From positions 1 through 33,925 of the forward strand of contig PULY01000028.1 in NCBI GenBank assembly GCA_003551125.1: a stretch of 33,925 bases of DNA, read 5' to 3'. A program made the translations under genes and the position numbers. Source of the stretch: Candidatus Iainarchaeum sp. Its GTDB lineage: Archaea > B1Sed10-29. Shown piece after piece: positions 9,399-16,721 of this stretch. Each line of letters begins with the position of its first letter. The stretch's first letter is position 1. A model generated the notes under the pieces. The model was not told the DNA's origin, did no database searches, and was given only the letters and a program-made list of their open reading frames with translations.

Positions 9399-9713
9399 TT
9401 ATTTGATATTTATTTGATCTTCCGTGTAGTTCAGGTCTTTTAATATATCCTTCATTTTTCTTTTGTGATTTCCTTGTAATTCTATTTTTCCTTCTTTTTC
9501 TTTGTATGTTCCTCCACATGCTAATTGTTTTTTTAGCTTGCTTGCGAGGGATTCTAGATCGATTTCAGATCCAAATCCTTTTATTACTGTCATTTCTTTT
9601 CCGTATCTCTTTCTTTCTATTTTTACCGTGATTTCTTGTTCTTCTTTGCTTATTTCTTCACATACACAGATTTCTTTCGGCATCCCACATGTTGAGCATA
9701 TTTCTTGGGCCAT
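9399..9713 (-). CDS. translation initiation factor aSUI1 (eIF1 homologue)
   Basis: N-terminal Zn knuckle CSTCGMPKEICVC, followed by a SUI1 fold signature (VIKGFG...LKKQLACGGT...IELQGNH). Confidence 0.85.
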   Translation of the reverse strand: MAQEICSTCGMPKEICVCEEISKEEQEITVKIERKRYGKEMTVIKGFGSEIDLESLASKLKKQLACGGTYKEKEGKIELQGNHKRKMKDILKDLNYTEDQINIK

Positions 9714-9716
9714 TTA

Positions 9717-9920
9717 TTAGTTTGCACCTCTTTCTTTTAAGATTGTTTTGATTCTTGCAATTGTTCTTCTCAGTTCTTTGACTCCTCCTGGGTTGTCTGC
9801 TTGTGTTCCTGAAGCTATCGCTGCTTTTTCTTTTGCTAATTCATTTTGTAATTGGGTTAATTGTTCTTTTAGTTCTTCTTTTCCCATTTCTCTTAATTCA
9901 TACATTTTTTTTATTGCCAT
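9717..9920 (-). CDS. rpl29: 50S ribosomal protein uL29
   Basis: 67 aa, ELREMGKEELKEQLTQLQNELAKEKA. Synteny supports the call. Confidence 0.85.
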   Translation of the reverse strand: MAIKKMYELREMGKEELKEQLTQLQNELAKEKAAIASGTQADNPGGVKELRRTIARIKTILKERGAN

Positions 9921-9929
9921 TTTATCATT

Positions 9930-10577
9930 TTATTCTTCTTTTTCTTCTTCAGATTCTTTATTTTCTTCTTTTTTTACTTCTATGTATTCTTCTGGGTTTG
10001 TTTTATCTCTGAATTGTGCTTCTGGTGGGACTATTTTTACTTTGATTCCTACTTTTCCTTGTGGTAGTATTACGCTGTCTTTTTTCTCTCTTACTTTTCT
10101 GGTTTCGTCTCCTGCTTTTTTGATGTATCCTTTTGATGATTTTTCTTGTTTTGAGTATGTGTTTGCTCCCGTTATTACTCCTGTTATTATTATCTCTGCT
10201 CCTATTGCTCCGTCATCCATTATTGAGTTTATAGCTCTTTTTGAAACTCTATTTGCTCTCATGCCTCTTGATAACATTGCTTTTATCCAGTTACATATTA
10301 ATTCTGGATGTAGGTTTCTTCTTTCTACTTCTTCTATGTCTATTTCTACATCTTCGAGTCCTAGGTCTTTTTCTAATTTGTTTTTTAGTCTTTTGACTGT
10401 TTTTCCTTTTTTACCTATTACTAATCCTGGTTTTTCCGCTACTATTCGTATTCTGTGTCCGAGTGTGGTTGGTTCTATGTCTATATTTACTATTCCTGCT
10501 CTGGATAGTTCTTTTTTTAATAGGTTTTTTGCTTTTTGTGTTTTTATGGAGCTTTTTATGAATTCTTTTTCTTTCAT
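9930..10577 (-). CDS. rps3: 30S ribosomal protein uS3
   Basis: KH-domain pattern (RIRIVAEKPGLVIGKKGKTVKRL) with an acidic tail. Synteny supports the call. Confidence 0.95.
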   Translation of the reverse strand: MKEKEFIKSSIKTQKAKNLLKKELSRAGIVNIDIEPTTLGHRIRIVAEKPGLVIGKKGKTVKRLKNKLEKDLGLEDVEIDIEEVERRNLHPELICNWIKAMLSRGMRANRVSKRAINSIMDDGAIGAEIIITGVITGANTYSKQEKSSKGYIKKAGDETRKVREKKDSVILPQGKVGIKVKIVPPEAQFRDKTNPEEYIEVKKEENKESEEEKEE

Positions 10578-10593
10578 TTTTATCCTTTTCCTG

Positions 10594-11025
10594 TTAATTG
10601 TTTTGTTTTAATATTATTTCGATATTTGTGAGTTTTGTTGATTTGTTTCTTAGTTTTCCAGGTGGTTTTCTTATTGAAATTGTTTTGTGTGCTGCTGAAT
10701 GAACTATTTTCATGTTTTCTGTATCTAATCCTTGGTTTTCAGCGTTGTTTAATGCACTTTTTATTGTTTCTTTTACTTTTTCAGCTGATTTTTTTGGGTA
10801 GCCTCCTGGGCTTCCTTTTTTTTGATGAGGCATTTTTTTCCTATGTTTTGTGTATGGTACGTGTTTTCCTCCTTCAATCACTTCTTCGAGGTATTTTATT
10901 GCTTTATCAGCTTTCATTCCTCTTATTGCTCGACAAGTTTCCATTGTCTTCTTTGGTGATACTGCTTCTGATGTTTTTTTTGCTTTTGCTATATTTTCTC
11001 TTGTTCCTTGGTAACTATATTTCAT
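10594..11025 (-). CDS. rpl22: 50S ribosomal protein uL22
   Basis: Contains AKAKKTSEAVSPKKTMETCRAIRGM...YPKKSAEKV. Synteny supports the call. Confidence 0.9.
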   Translation of the reverse strand: MKYSYQGTRENIAKAKKTSEAVSPKKTMETCRAIRGMKADKAIKYLEEVIEGGKHVPYTKHRKKMPHQKKGSPGGYPKKSAEKVKETIKSALNNAENQGLDTENMKIVHSAAHKTISIRKPPGKLRNKSTKLTNIEIILKQNN

Positions 11026-11034
11026 TTTATCACG

Positions 11035-11427
11035 CTATTTTACCGATAGGAATTTTGTTCCTCTTGTTGCTCCGATTCCTGGTCCGGAGTGTTTGACTTT
11101 TTCAGGTCTTGTTAATGCGAATTCTCCTAAGTAATGTCCTATCATTTCTGGTTTTATTTCAATTGTTTTCCATTCGTTTCCATTATGTACCTTTATTTTT
11201 TTTCCAAATATTTCAGGTAGAATTATTAAGTCTCTTTGATGTGTTTTTATCAGGTCTTCTCCATCATTTTCTTTTATTTTCTTCATTAGTTTTTCGTGTT
11301 CTTCTCTTAGTCCTCTCTTTATTGTTCTTCTCTGTCTTGCAGGTAGCAGTTCTGCTACTTTTTCTCTTGACATTTTTTTGAGTTCTTCGGGTGTTTTTCC
11401 TCTGTATTTGAATTTTTCTTTTGGCAT
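11035..11427 (-). CDS. rps19: 30S ribosomal protein uS19
   Basis: Contains HNGNEWKTIEIKPEMIGHYLGEFALTR. Synteny supports the call. Confidence 0.95.
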   Translation of the reverse strand: MPKEKFKYRGKTPEELKKMSREKVAELLPARQRRTIKRGLREEHEKLMKKIKENDGEDLIKTHQRDLIILPEIFGKKIKVHNGNEWKTIEIKPEMIGHYLGEFALTRPEKVKHSGPGIGATRGTKFLSVK

Positions 11428-11439
11428 TTTATCTACCTT

Positions 11440-12165
11440 TTATTTATTTTTCTTTTTTCCTCTTTTTCTTCCGGTTCTACTTGCTCCGAATGATCCGACG
11501 TGTTGTCCTGGTGATCCTGTTTTTCCTTTGTGTGTTTTTGTTCCGTGGTGTTCTTTTCCTCCGAATGGGTGGTCCACTGCGGCCATCTTTACTCCTCTTA
11601 CTGTTGGGAATTTTTGACCTCTTGCTTTCTTTTTATGGTGTTGTTTTCCTGCTTTTAGTAGTGGTTTTTCGGTTCTTCCTCCTCCTGCTGCTTTTCCTAT
11701 TGTTGCTCTGCATTGAGGGTTGAATTTTTTTGTTCTCTTACTTGGAAGTCTTACTTGTACTTTTTCTCCTTCTTTTGCTTTTATCCAGCTTAATGCTCCC
11801 GATGATTTTGCTATTTTTCCTCCATCTCCAGGTGTGTTTTCTATATTATATATTGGGTATCCTTCTGGTATATTTTTGAGCGCGGTTATGTTATGTAATG
11901 ATGGTTCTGCGTTTAAACCTTCTTTTATTCTTTCTCCCACTTGTACACCTTCTGGTGCGGTTAGGTATCCTTTGTCTCCTGTTTCATATTTTATTTCCAT
12001 TATTAGTGCTGTTCTTGATGGGTCATCTATTATATCTGTGACTTCTCCTTCTATTGTTTCTCCGTCGATTTCTTTATATTTCGTAGGTGATTTGAATCTT
12101 TGTTTTTTTGCTCTGTACGTTGGTGTTCCTTTTCCTCTTCTCTGGTGTTTCAGTCTTTTTCCCAT
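11440..12165 (-). CDS. rpl2: 50S ribosomal protein uL2
   Basis: Contains GGGRTEKPLLKAGKQHHKKK...VDHPFGGKEHHG. Synteny supports the call. Confidence 0.95.
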   Translation of the reverse strand: MGKRLKHQRRGKGTPTYRAKKQRFKSPTKYKEIDGETIEGEVTDIIDDPSRTALIMEIKYETGDKGYLTAPEGVQVGERIKEGLNAEPSLHNITALKNIPEGYPIYNIENTPGDGGKIAKSSGALSWIKAKEGEKVQVRLPSKRTKKFNPQCRATIGKAAGGGRTEKPLLKAGKQHHKKKARGQKFPTVRGVKMAAVDHPFGGKEHHGTKTHKGKTGSPGQHVGSFGASRTGRKRGKKKNK

Positions 12166-12179
12166 TTTTTTTCACCTTG

Positions 12180-12467
12180 TTATATCAGTTGTAGGTCCGT
12201 TGCCAGGTCCATTGCATTGTGATCTGGTTTTAATTTTATGAATGCTTTTTTTTCATTTTTCATTGTATTTAATGTCTTTACATCTTCCACTTCTACTTCG
12301 TAGAGTTTTTCAATCGCTTTTTTTATTTGTTTTTTATTTGTATTTTGTTTAACTATGAAGACCAGTTTATTTTCTAGTTCTATTGCGTTCATAGCTTTTT
12401 CTGATAGTAAAGGATATTTTACTATTTCTCTTGCTTTTTCCGTTGTCATTTCCTTCATCTTAATCAT
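12180..12467 (-). CDS. rpl23: 50S ribosomal protein uL23
   Basis: Contains KYPLLSEKAMNAIELENKLVFIV. Three in-frame ATGs lie near the start, so the exact start is uncertain. Confidence 0.9.
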   Translation of the reverse strand: MIKMKEMTTEKAREIVKYPLLSEKAMNAIELENKLVFIVKQNTNKKQIKKAIEKLYEVEVEDVKTLNTMKNEKKAFIKLKPDHNAMDLATDLQLI

Positions 12468-12474
12468 TTTTTAG

Positions 12475-13281
12475 TTATTTTAATTTATTTTCTAATTTTT
12501 TGATTGCATTTTCAGTGTAAATAGTTAGTCTTCCAGGTTGTCCTCCTGGTGCTAGTTGGTCTATGGATAGTTCTTTTACAGTTGCTGCGTTTGCTCCAGG
12601 TATATTTCTGGTTGCTCTTTTTATTCCTTTATCTTCTCCCACTACTATTAGAGCGGTTTTTCTCTGTCTTTTTCTTCTTCCTCTCATTTTTCCTTTTCCA
12701 GCTCTTGTTTTTTTCGTTTTTGATTTTTCAAGATCTTTTCCTAATCCTATTTCTTCTAATAGTTCTTTAACTTGTCTTGTTTTTTTGAATTTTTCCGCTT
12801 CATTATCTATTATTATAGGTAGTTCTATTTCTTCTGATATTATATGTCCTCTTTTTTTGATCGTTTTTTCATCGGAAGTTGCTTTTAGTGCTTCTTTTAA
12901 TGCTTTCTTTTTCTCTTTTTTGTTTATTTCTTTTTTCAATTTTTTCTCTGGCTTTGGAGGGTGTGATCTCCTTCCTCCTCTTGAGTGTGGTACTTTTCTA
13001 ACTTCTCCCAGTCTTCCACCTGGGTGTAGTATTCTAGGTAATCTTGCTCTTCCTATGTTTATTGTGGCGCCGTAGCTTCCTCTTCTTCCTCTGTAGTCAG
13101 CTGAAGTTTTTAGTCCTGCTCTTGGATCGGTTCCTTTTGGTTGAAATTTACTGCTTCTCTCTGCATGGTGTGCTCTTCGGATTAAGTCTTCTCTTTCTAA
13201 TTTTCCTTCGAATATTTCTGGTATTGTTATTTCTTTTTTCTCTGTGTTCTTTGCGCTATGTATTTTTCCTTTTTTTGCCAT
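12475..13281 (-). CDS. rpl4: 50S ribosomal protein uL4
   Basis: Contains RGRRGSYGATINIGRARLPR...GKMRGRR. Synteny supports the call. Confidence 0.9.
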   Translation of the reverse strand: MAKKGKIHSAKNTEKKEITIPEIFEGKLEREDLIRRAHHAERSSKFQPKGTDPRAGLKTSADYRGRRGSYGATINIGRARLPRILHPGGRLGEVRKVPHSRGGRRSHPPKPEKKLKKEINKKEKKKALKEALKATSDEKTIKKRGHIISEEIELPIIIDNEAEKFKKTRQVKELLEEIGLGKDLEKSKTKKTRAGKGKMRGRRKRQRKTALIVVGEDKGIKRATRNIPGANAATVKELSIDQLAPGGQPGRLTIYTENAIKKLENKLK

Positions 13282-13300
13282 TTTAATCCTTTTTTATGTT

Positions 13301-14278
13301 TTATTGATGTGATTGTTTTGATATTTCTTTAACTTCGTATTTCTCCTTTTTCTTTGGAGGTCTGTAAGCATGTCTTAATAATATTGGTCTTCTTCTTGGT
13401 CCGGGTACGCTTCCTTTTACCATTATGTAATTGCTGTTTATTTCTCCGTATTTTTTGTATCCTCCTTCAGGTGTTGTTTCTTCTCCGTTTTCTCCTATTT
13501 TTAGAATTTCTTTGTTTATGTCTGTTCTTTTGTGAAATCCTGTTTGTCCGCTCATTGGTACTGTCCATAGTACTCTTGCTGGGTGCCATCCTCCTATTGC
13601 TCCGGGGTTTCTTCTGTGTTTTTTAGCTTTTCTTTCTTGTCTTTTTATTCCAAATCTTTTTATAGGTCCTTGTGTTCCTTTTCCTTTTGTTACTGCTATT
13701 GCATCCACGTATTCTCCTTCTTTGAATATTTCAGATGGTTTTATTTCTTTTCCAAGCATTTTTTCCGCTTCTTCTAATTTTTCTTCTTGGCTTGGTCCTT
13801 GTACTGGTATTTCTAGTACTTCTGGTTTTTTATTTTTGAGTTTGGCTTTTTTAGGTTGTGTGTGTACCATTAATCTTACTTCGTCTATTTTTTCTGCTTC
13901 TTGAGTTTTTTCTTTGTTTCCTTTTCCTTCTTCTATTCTTAGTTTTTCTTTTAGTTTTTTATCTATTTGATCTGCATAGTAATGTGAATGTGTTTTTAAT
14001 CCTTCAGGTGTTTTTTTGTAAGTTCTTATACCGTATACTTTTAAGGGTGGGCATTCTATTGTGGTTACAGGTACTTGTATTCGTTTTCCGTAACTAGGTG
14101 AGTTCTCATCCGTATCTAGAGCGGTTACTTGTGTCATTCCTGCTTTATATCCTAGGAATCCTTCTATTCTTTTTTCATCTGTTTTTTTATACTTCCTTAG
14201 ACTAGGGTATATTCTTTTTGCTCTTTTGAATGGTCTGTGTGCTTTTGAACCGTGTCTTGGTTTATTTGTTTTGACCAT
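13301..14278 (-). CDS. rpl3: 50S ribosomal protein uL3
   Basis: Contains FLGYKAGMTQV...VTKGKGTQGPIKRFG. First gene of the r-protein array. SD is AAGGTGA. Confidence 0.95.
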   Translation of the reverse strand: MVKTNKPRHGSKAHRPFKRAKRIYPSLRKYKKTDEKRIEGFLGYKAGMTQVTALDTDENSPSYGKRIQVPVTTIECPPLKVYGIRTYKKTPEGLKTHSHYYADQIDKKLKEKLRIEEGKGNKEKTQEAEKIDEVRLMVHTQPKKAKLKNKKPEVLEIPVQGPSQEEKLEEAEKMLGKEIKPSEIFKEGEYVDAIAVTKGKGTQGPIKRFGIKRQERKAKKHRRNPGAIGGWHPARVLWTVPMSGQTGFHKRTDINKEILKIGENGEETTPEGGYKKYGEINSNYIMVKGSVPGPRRRPILLRHAYRPPKKKEKYEVKEISKQSHQ

Positions 14279-14346
14279 TTTTTCACCTTTGTTTTCACTG
14301 TTTTTTTGAATATTATTGACTCTTACTTGTGTTGAGTCCTTCTATA

Positions 14347-14388
14347 AGTAGGTTTTTTCAAACCCACTTTCAACGTTCTTTAACGTTG
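14347..14388 (-). promoter_or_regulatory. two adjacent stem-loops in the putative 5' leader of the uL3 operon
   Basis: The minus strand reads CAACGTT-aaag-AACGTTG (perfect 7 bp, 14371-14388). After a 2-nt spacer comes AGTGGGTT-tgaaaa-AACCTACT (8 bp with one G.U, 14347-14368). The structures lie about 70-110 nt upstream of the uL3 ATG. Confidence 0.35.
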
Positions 14389-14408
14389 TAGTTTGGGGGT
14401 ATTAAATA

Positions 14409-14420
14409 ATTTATATTTAA
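14409..14420 (-). promoter_or_regulatory. TATA-like box candidate for the uL3 operon
   Basis: The minus strand reads TTAAATATAAAT, about 25 nt upstream of the first hairpin. No experimental support. Confidence 0.3.
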
Positions 14421-14540
14421 TAAGTAGCCCTCTTTGTTTCTGTTTTCTTCTTTTTCATCACTTGTCTTAATGTATATATCTTTTCTTCACGGGTGTTTAA
14501 ATACTTAATGACGAAATACCGTATTTTTAGTTTTATTTTC

Positions 14541-14915
14541 TTAAGCATTCCAGGATATGAAGTATCCCAGTATGAATAGTAATGTGCTTAATATGAATTG
14601 TGTGCTCGTTATAAGGTTTATTGTTAGTCCTTTGGTAAGCATTGTTATTGCTATTGCTGTTAATGTAGGTAAATATAATGATCTTCCGATTGTTAGTTTA
14701 AATTCTGAGTCTGTTCTGCATGTTTTTGTGATTCCACCGAGCCCTATTAGTGTTATCAGTGTTCCTATTAGGAATGTTGATCTTATCCAGGGAACTATTC
14801 CTACTATTCCTTCCAAGTATTTTGTAGTGCCGTAGATAGTTACATCTAGAGTTGAAAGAGTGATTAATAGTCCTATTTGAAATAATTTTCCCCAAATATA
14901 TTTTGTAAAGGCCAT
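14541..14915 (-). CDS. hypothetical small membrane protein (about 4 TM segments)
   Basis: 124 aa, hydrophobic segments separated by short polar loops, with no recognisable family motif. Its ATG lies 15 nt after the pyrH stop. Confidence 0.5.
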   Translation of the reverse strand: MAFTKYIWGKLFQIGLLITLSTLDVTIYGTTKYLEGIVGIVPWIRSTFLIGTLITLIGLGGITKTCRTDSEFKLTIGRSLYLPTLTAIAITMLTKGLTINLITSTQFILSTLLFILGYFISWNA

Positions 14916-14929
14916 TTTTTCACTGTTTT

Positions 14930-15574
14930 TTATTCTATTGTTGTTCCTATCTTTTTTCCTTCCATTACTTTTAGAAGATTTTTCGGATTTTTTCCATTTA
15001 CTAAAATCGTTTTTATTCTATTTTCTTTTATTATTTTCATTGCTTTTGGATCCAAAATACCGTAATCCAGTGGTTTTTCTTCTCCTTTTACTTTGTCCAG
15101 CTCTTCGTAGTTTATTTTTCTAAGTAATTTAGCGTTTTTGTTTTTATTTGGATCTTTATTGTATATTCCATCTACATCTGTTAATTTTATGAATAAATCA
15201 GCATTCATTATTTCAGCTAGTTTCGCTGCGTTTGCATCAGTGGATCTACCTGGCTTTATTCCACTTATTACTGCTTCTTCTCCTTCGTAGTCCTCTAATG
15301 AATATATCGGTTTTTTGTTTGTTATTAAGGATAGTAGTTTTACGTTTGCCTTCATTAATTCTATGAAGCATTCTTCTCTTTCTTTGTTTTTTAGTTTAAA
15401 TCTCTCTATGTTTTTGGAGTAGTTTTTTACGAATTTTCCTCCTCCTATACATAATGAGATTTTATGTTTCTTGTTTATTTCTTCTATTACTTTGAGTAAT
15501 TTTAAAAGATATTCGGAGTTGGGTCCTCCTTTTTCCATGGAGATTGATCCGCCTATTTTGATAACTATTTTCAT
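14930..15574 (-). CDS. pyrH: UMP kinase, archaeal type
   Basis: MKIVIKIGGS...CIGGGKF...GIKPGRSTDANAAKLAEIMNADLFIKLTDVDGIYNKDP...GKKIGTTIE matches archaeal PyrH. The start is trimmed to ATG 15572-15574 because the track's 18-codon extension overlaps tRNA-Ser. Confidence 0.85.
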   Translation of the reverse strand: MKIVIKIGGSISMEKGGPNSEYLLKLLKVIEEINKKHKISLCIGGGKFVKNYSKNIERFKLKNKEREECFIELMKANVKLLSLITNKKPIYSLEDYEGEEAVISGIKPGRSTDANAAKLAEIMNADLFIKLTDVDGIYNKDPNKNKNAKLLRKINYEELDKVKGEEKPLDYGILDPKAMKIIKENRIKTILVNGKNPKNLLKVMEGKKIGTTIE

Positions 15575-15595
15575 TTCAATCCTTTTTTGATTTAG

Positions 15596-15676
15596 CGCCG
15601 GGAAAGGGATTCGAACCCTTGAGGCCATAGGCCACCGGTCCTCAAAACCGGCGCATTACCGCTCTGCCATCCCGGC
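15596..15676 (-). tRNA. tRNA-Ser (anticodon UGA), class II with long variable arm
   Basis: The reverse complement reads GCCGGGA TG GCA GAGCGGTAA TGC G CCGGT TTTGAGG ACCGG TGGCCTATGGCCTC AAGGG TTCGAAT CCCTT TCCCGGC G. All stems pair. CCA is not encoded. Confidence 0.9.
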
Positions 15677-15746
15677 TTTATCTATATATCTAGTTTTTTA
15701 TTTCTTTGACTAGTTACTGTAGTATTACTTTAAGATGTCTTTGGAT

Positions 15747-15752
15747 AAAAAA
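15747..15752 (-). terminator. oligo-T tract (T6 on the minus strand) after the dCMP deaminase gene
   Basis: The minus strand reads ...aagtaagTTTTTTatcc about 35 nt past the stop. It is one of very few T-runs on the coding strand of this cluster. Confidence 0.3.
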
Positions 15753-15784
15753 CTTACTTGGGTTTAATAGAATTATTTATCGGT

Positions 15785-16294
15785 TTATTTGAGTTTTCCT
15801 TCACGTGCTTTCTTCAGTTTCTTTATGTATTCTTCTTTTTCTTCTGCTGCCCATTCTTCTGGACTGTATCGGATTATTTTTCCTTCTTTATTTTTTGTTA
15901 TTACTTCTTTTATCCCTGCATTTACTAGCACTCTTTTACATCTGTCACATGGTCTTGAAACGGTGTATTCTCCTGTTTTCCCGTTTTTTCCAACTATGTA
16001 AAGTGTTCCATCTTTTATTTGTATTCCGTGTCTTGCAGCGTTAACTACTGCATTTTCTTCTGAGTGTACTGCTGGGCATAAATCGTATCTTGCGTATCTA
16101 GGTGCATTTGCTTCATCTTTGAGGCATCCGTCTTCACAGTTTGTGCTTCCTCTGGGTGGGCCGTTGTATCCTGTTGCTACTATTACGTCATTTTTTACAA
16201 TTATTGAACCAAATTTTCTTCTCTTACAAGGGCTTCTTTCACCTATCGATGAAGCTATATTCAAGTAGTAGTTATCTTTCTTAGGTCTATTCAT
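15785..16294 (-). CDS. dCMP deaminase (ComEB/CDA zinc-deaminase family)
   Basis: Zinc motifs HSEENA and PCDRCKRVL with dCMP-deaminase spacing. N-terminus YYLNIASSIGERSPC. SD is GGAAGGA. Confidence 0.85.
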   Translation of the reverse strand: MNRPKKDNYYLNIASSIGERSPCKRRKFGSIIVKNDVIVATGYNGPPRGSTNCEDGCLKDEANAPRYARYDLCPAVHSEENAVVNAARHGIQIKDGTLYIVGKNGKTGEYTVSRPCDRCKRVLVNAGIKEVITKNKEGKIIRYSPEEWAAEEKEEYIKKLKKAREGKLK

Positions 16295-16339
16295 TGAATC
16301 CTTCCTTTTTTAAATTCGGGTTTTTAATTCGATATTGGT

Positions 16340-16654
16340 CTATTCTTCTTTTAATTCTATCTCTATTTTTACTTCTGAGGGGATTTCTGTCCTCATTATC
16401 TGTCTTAGTGTTCTTTCATCGGATTCTATCTCTATTAATCTTTTATGTATTCTCATTTTCCAGTTTTCGAATGTTCTTGATCCGTCTCCACATGGGCTTT
16501 TCATTGTACTGACTTTCATTTCTTTGGTTGGCAGAGGGATTGGACCTGACATATTTATTCCTGTTTTCTGCGCTATCCTTTTGATTTCATCGCACAGTTC
16601 TTCTAGTTTTTCGTGGTCTGGGCTTATTGCTTTTATTTTGGCTTTTTGTGGCAT
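16340..16654 (-). CDS. rps10: 30S ribosomal protein uS10
   Basis: Contains QKAKIKAISPDHEKLEELCDEIKRIAQKTG, directly after aEF1A as in other archaea. The start is set to ATG 16652-16654 because the track's GTG is in the AGTGAT SD. Confidence 0.9.
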   Translation of the reverse strand: MPQKAKIKAISPDHEKLEELCDEIKRIAQKTGINMSGPIPLPTKEMKVSTMKSPCGDGSRTFENWKMRIHKRLIEIESDERTLRQIMRTEIPSEVKIEIELKEE

Positions 16655-16674
16655 TATAATCACTCTGTTTTTTA

Positions 16675-16700
16675 CTGCGTTTGCAGTTCTTTATATTAAA
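16675..16700 (-). promoter_or_regulatory. candidate uS10 promoter (TATA TTTAATATAAA) with a CTGC-N4-GCAG palindrome
   Basis: The minus strand reads TTTAATATAAA (16690-16700), followed by CTGCAAACGCAG (16675-16686), about 20-35 nt before the ATG. Confidence 0.3.
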
Positions 16701-16720
16701 GAAAAGGGGGGGGAAGGGGG
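16698..16720 (-). other. 23-nt pure pyrimidine tract C5TTC8TTTTCTTT on the transcript strand (G8AAG5 on plus)
   Basis: The plus strand shows aaagaaaaGGGGGGGGaaGGGGG at 16698-16720, immediately after the aEF1A stop (16722-16724). It is a compositional outlier in AT-rich DNA and a possible terminator or pause element. Confidence 0.3.
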
Positions 16721-16721
16721 T

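Noticed and set aside
14455-14461. C-box-like GTGATGA on the minus strand in the uL3 upstream gap (possible C/D sRNA)
   Set aside because: There is no D box (CTGA) or C'/D' elements within the expected 50-70 nt downstream, so the match is likely chance.
15575-15628. N-terminal extension of pyrH (MASRVRIPFPALNQKRIE) in the ORF track
   Set aside because: It reads through the T-arm and acceptor stem of tRNA-Ser. The conserved PyrH N-terminus MKIVIKIGGS starts at 15574 and has its own AGGA SD.
16706-16720. G-quadruplex potential of the G8AAG5 tract
   Set aside because: There are only two G-runs. A stable three-tetrad intramolecular G4 needs four separated runs. The tract is kept only as a compositional or terminator-like oddity.
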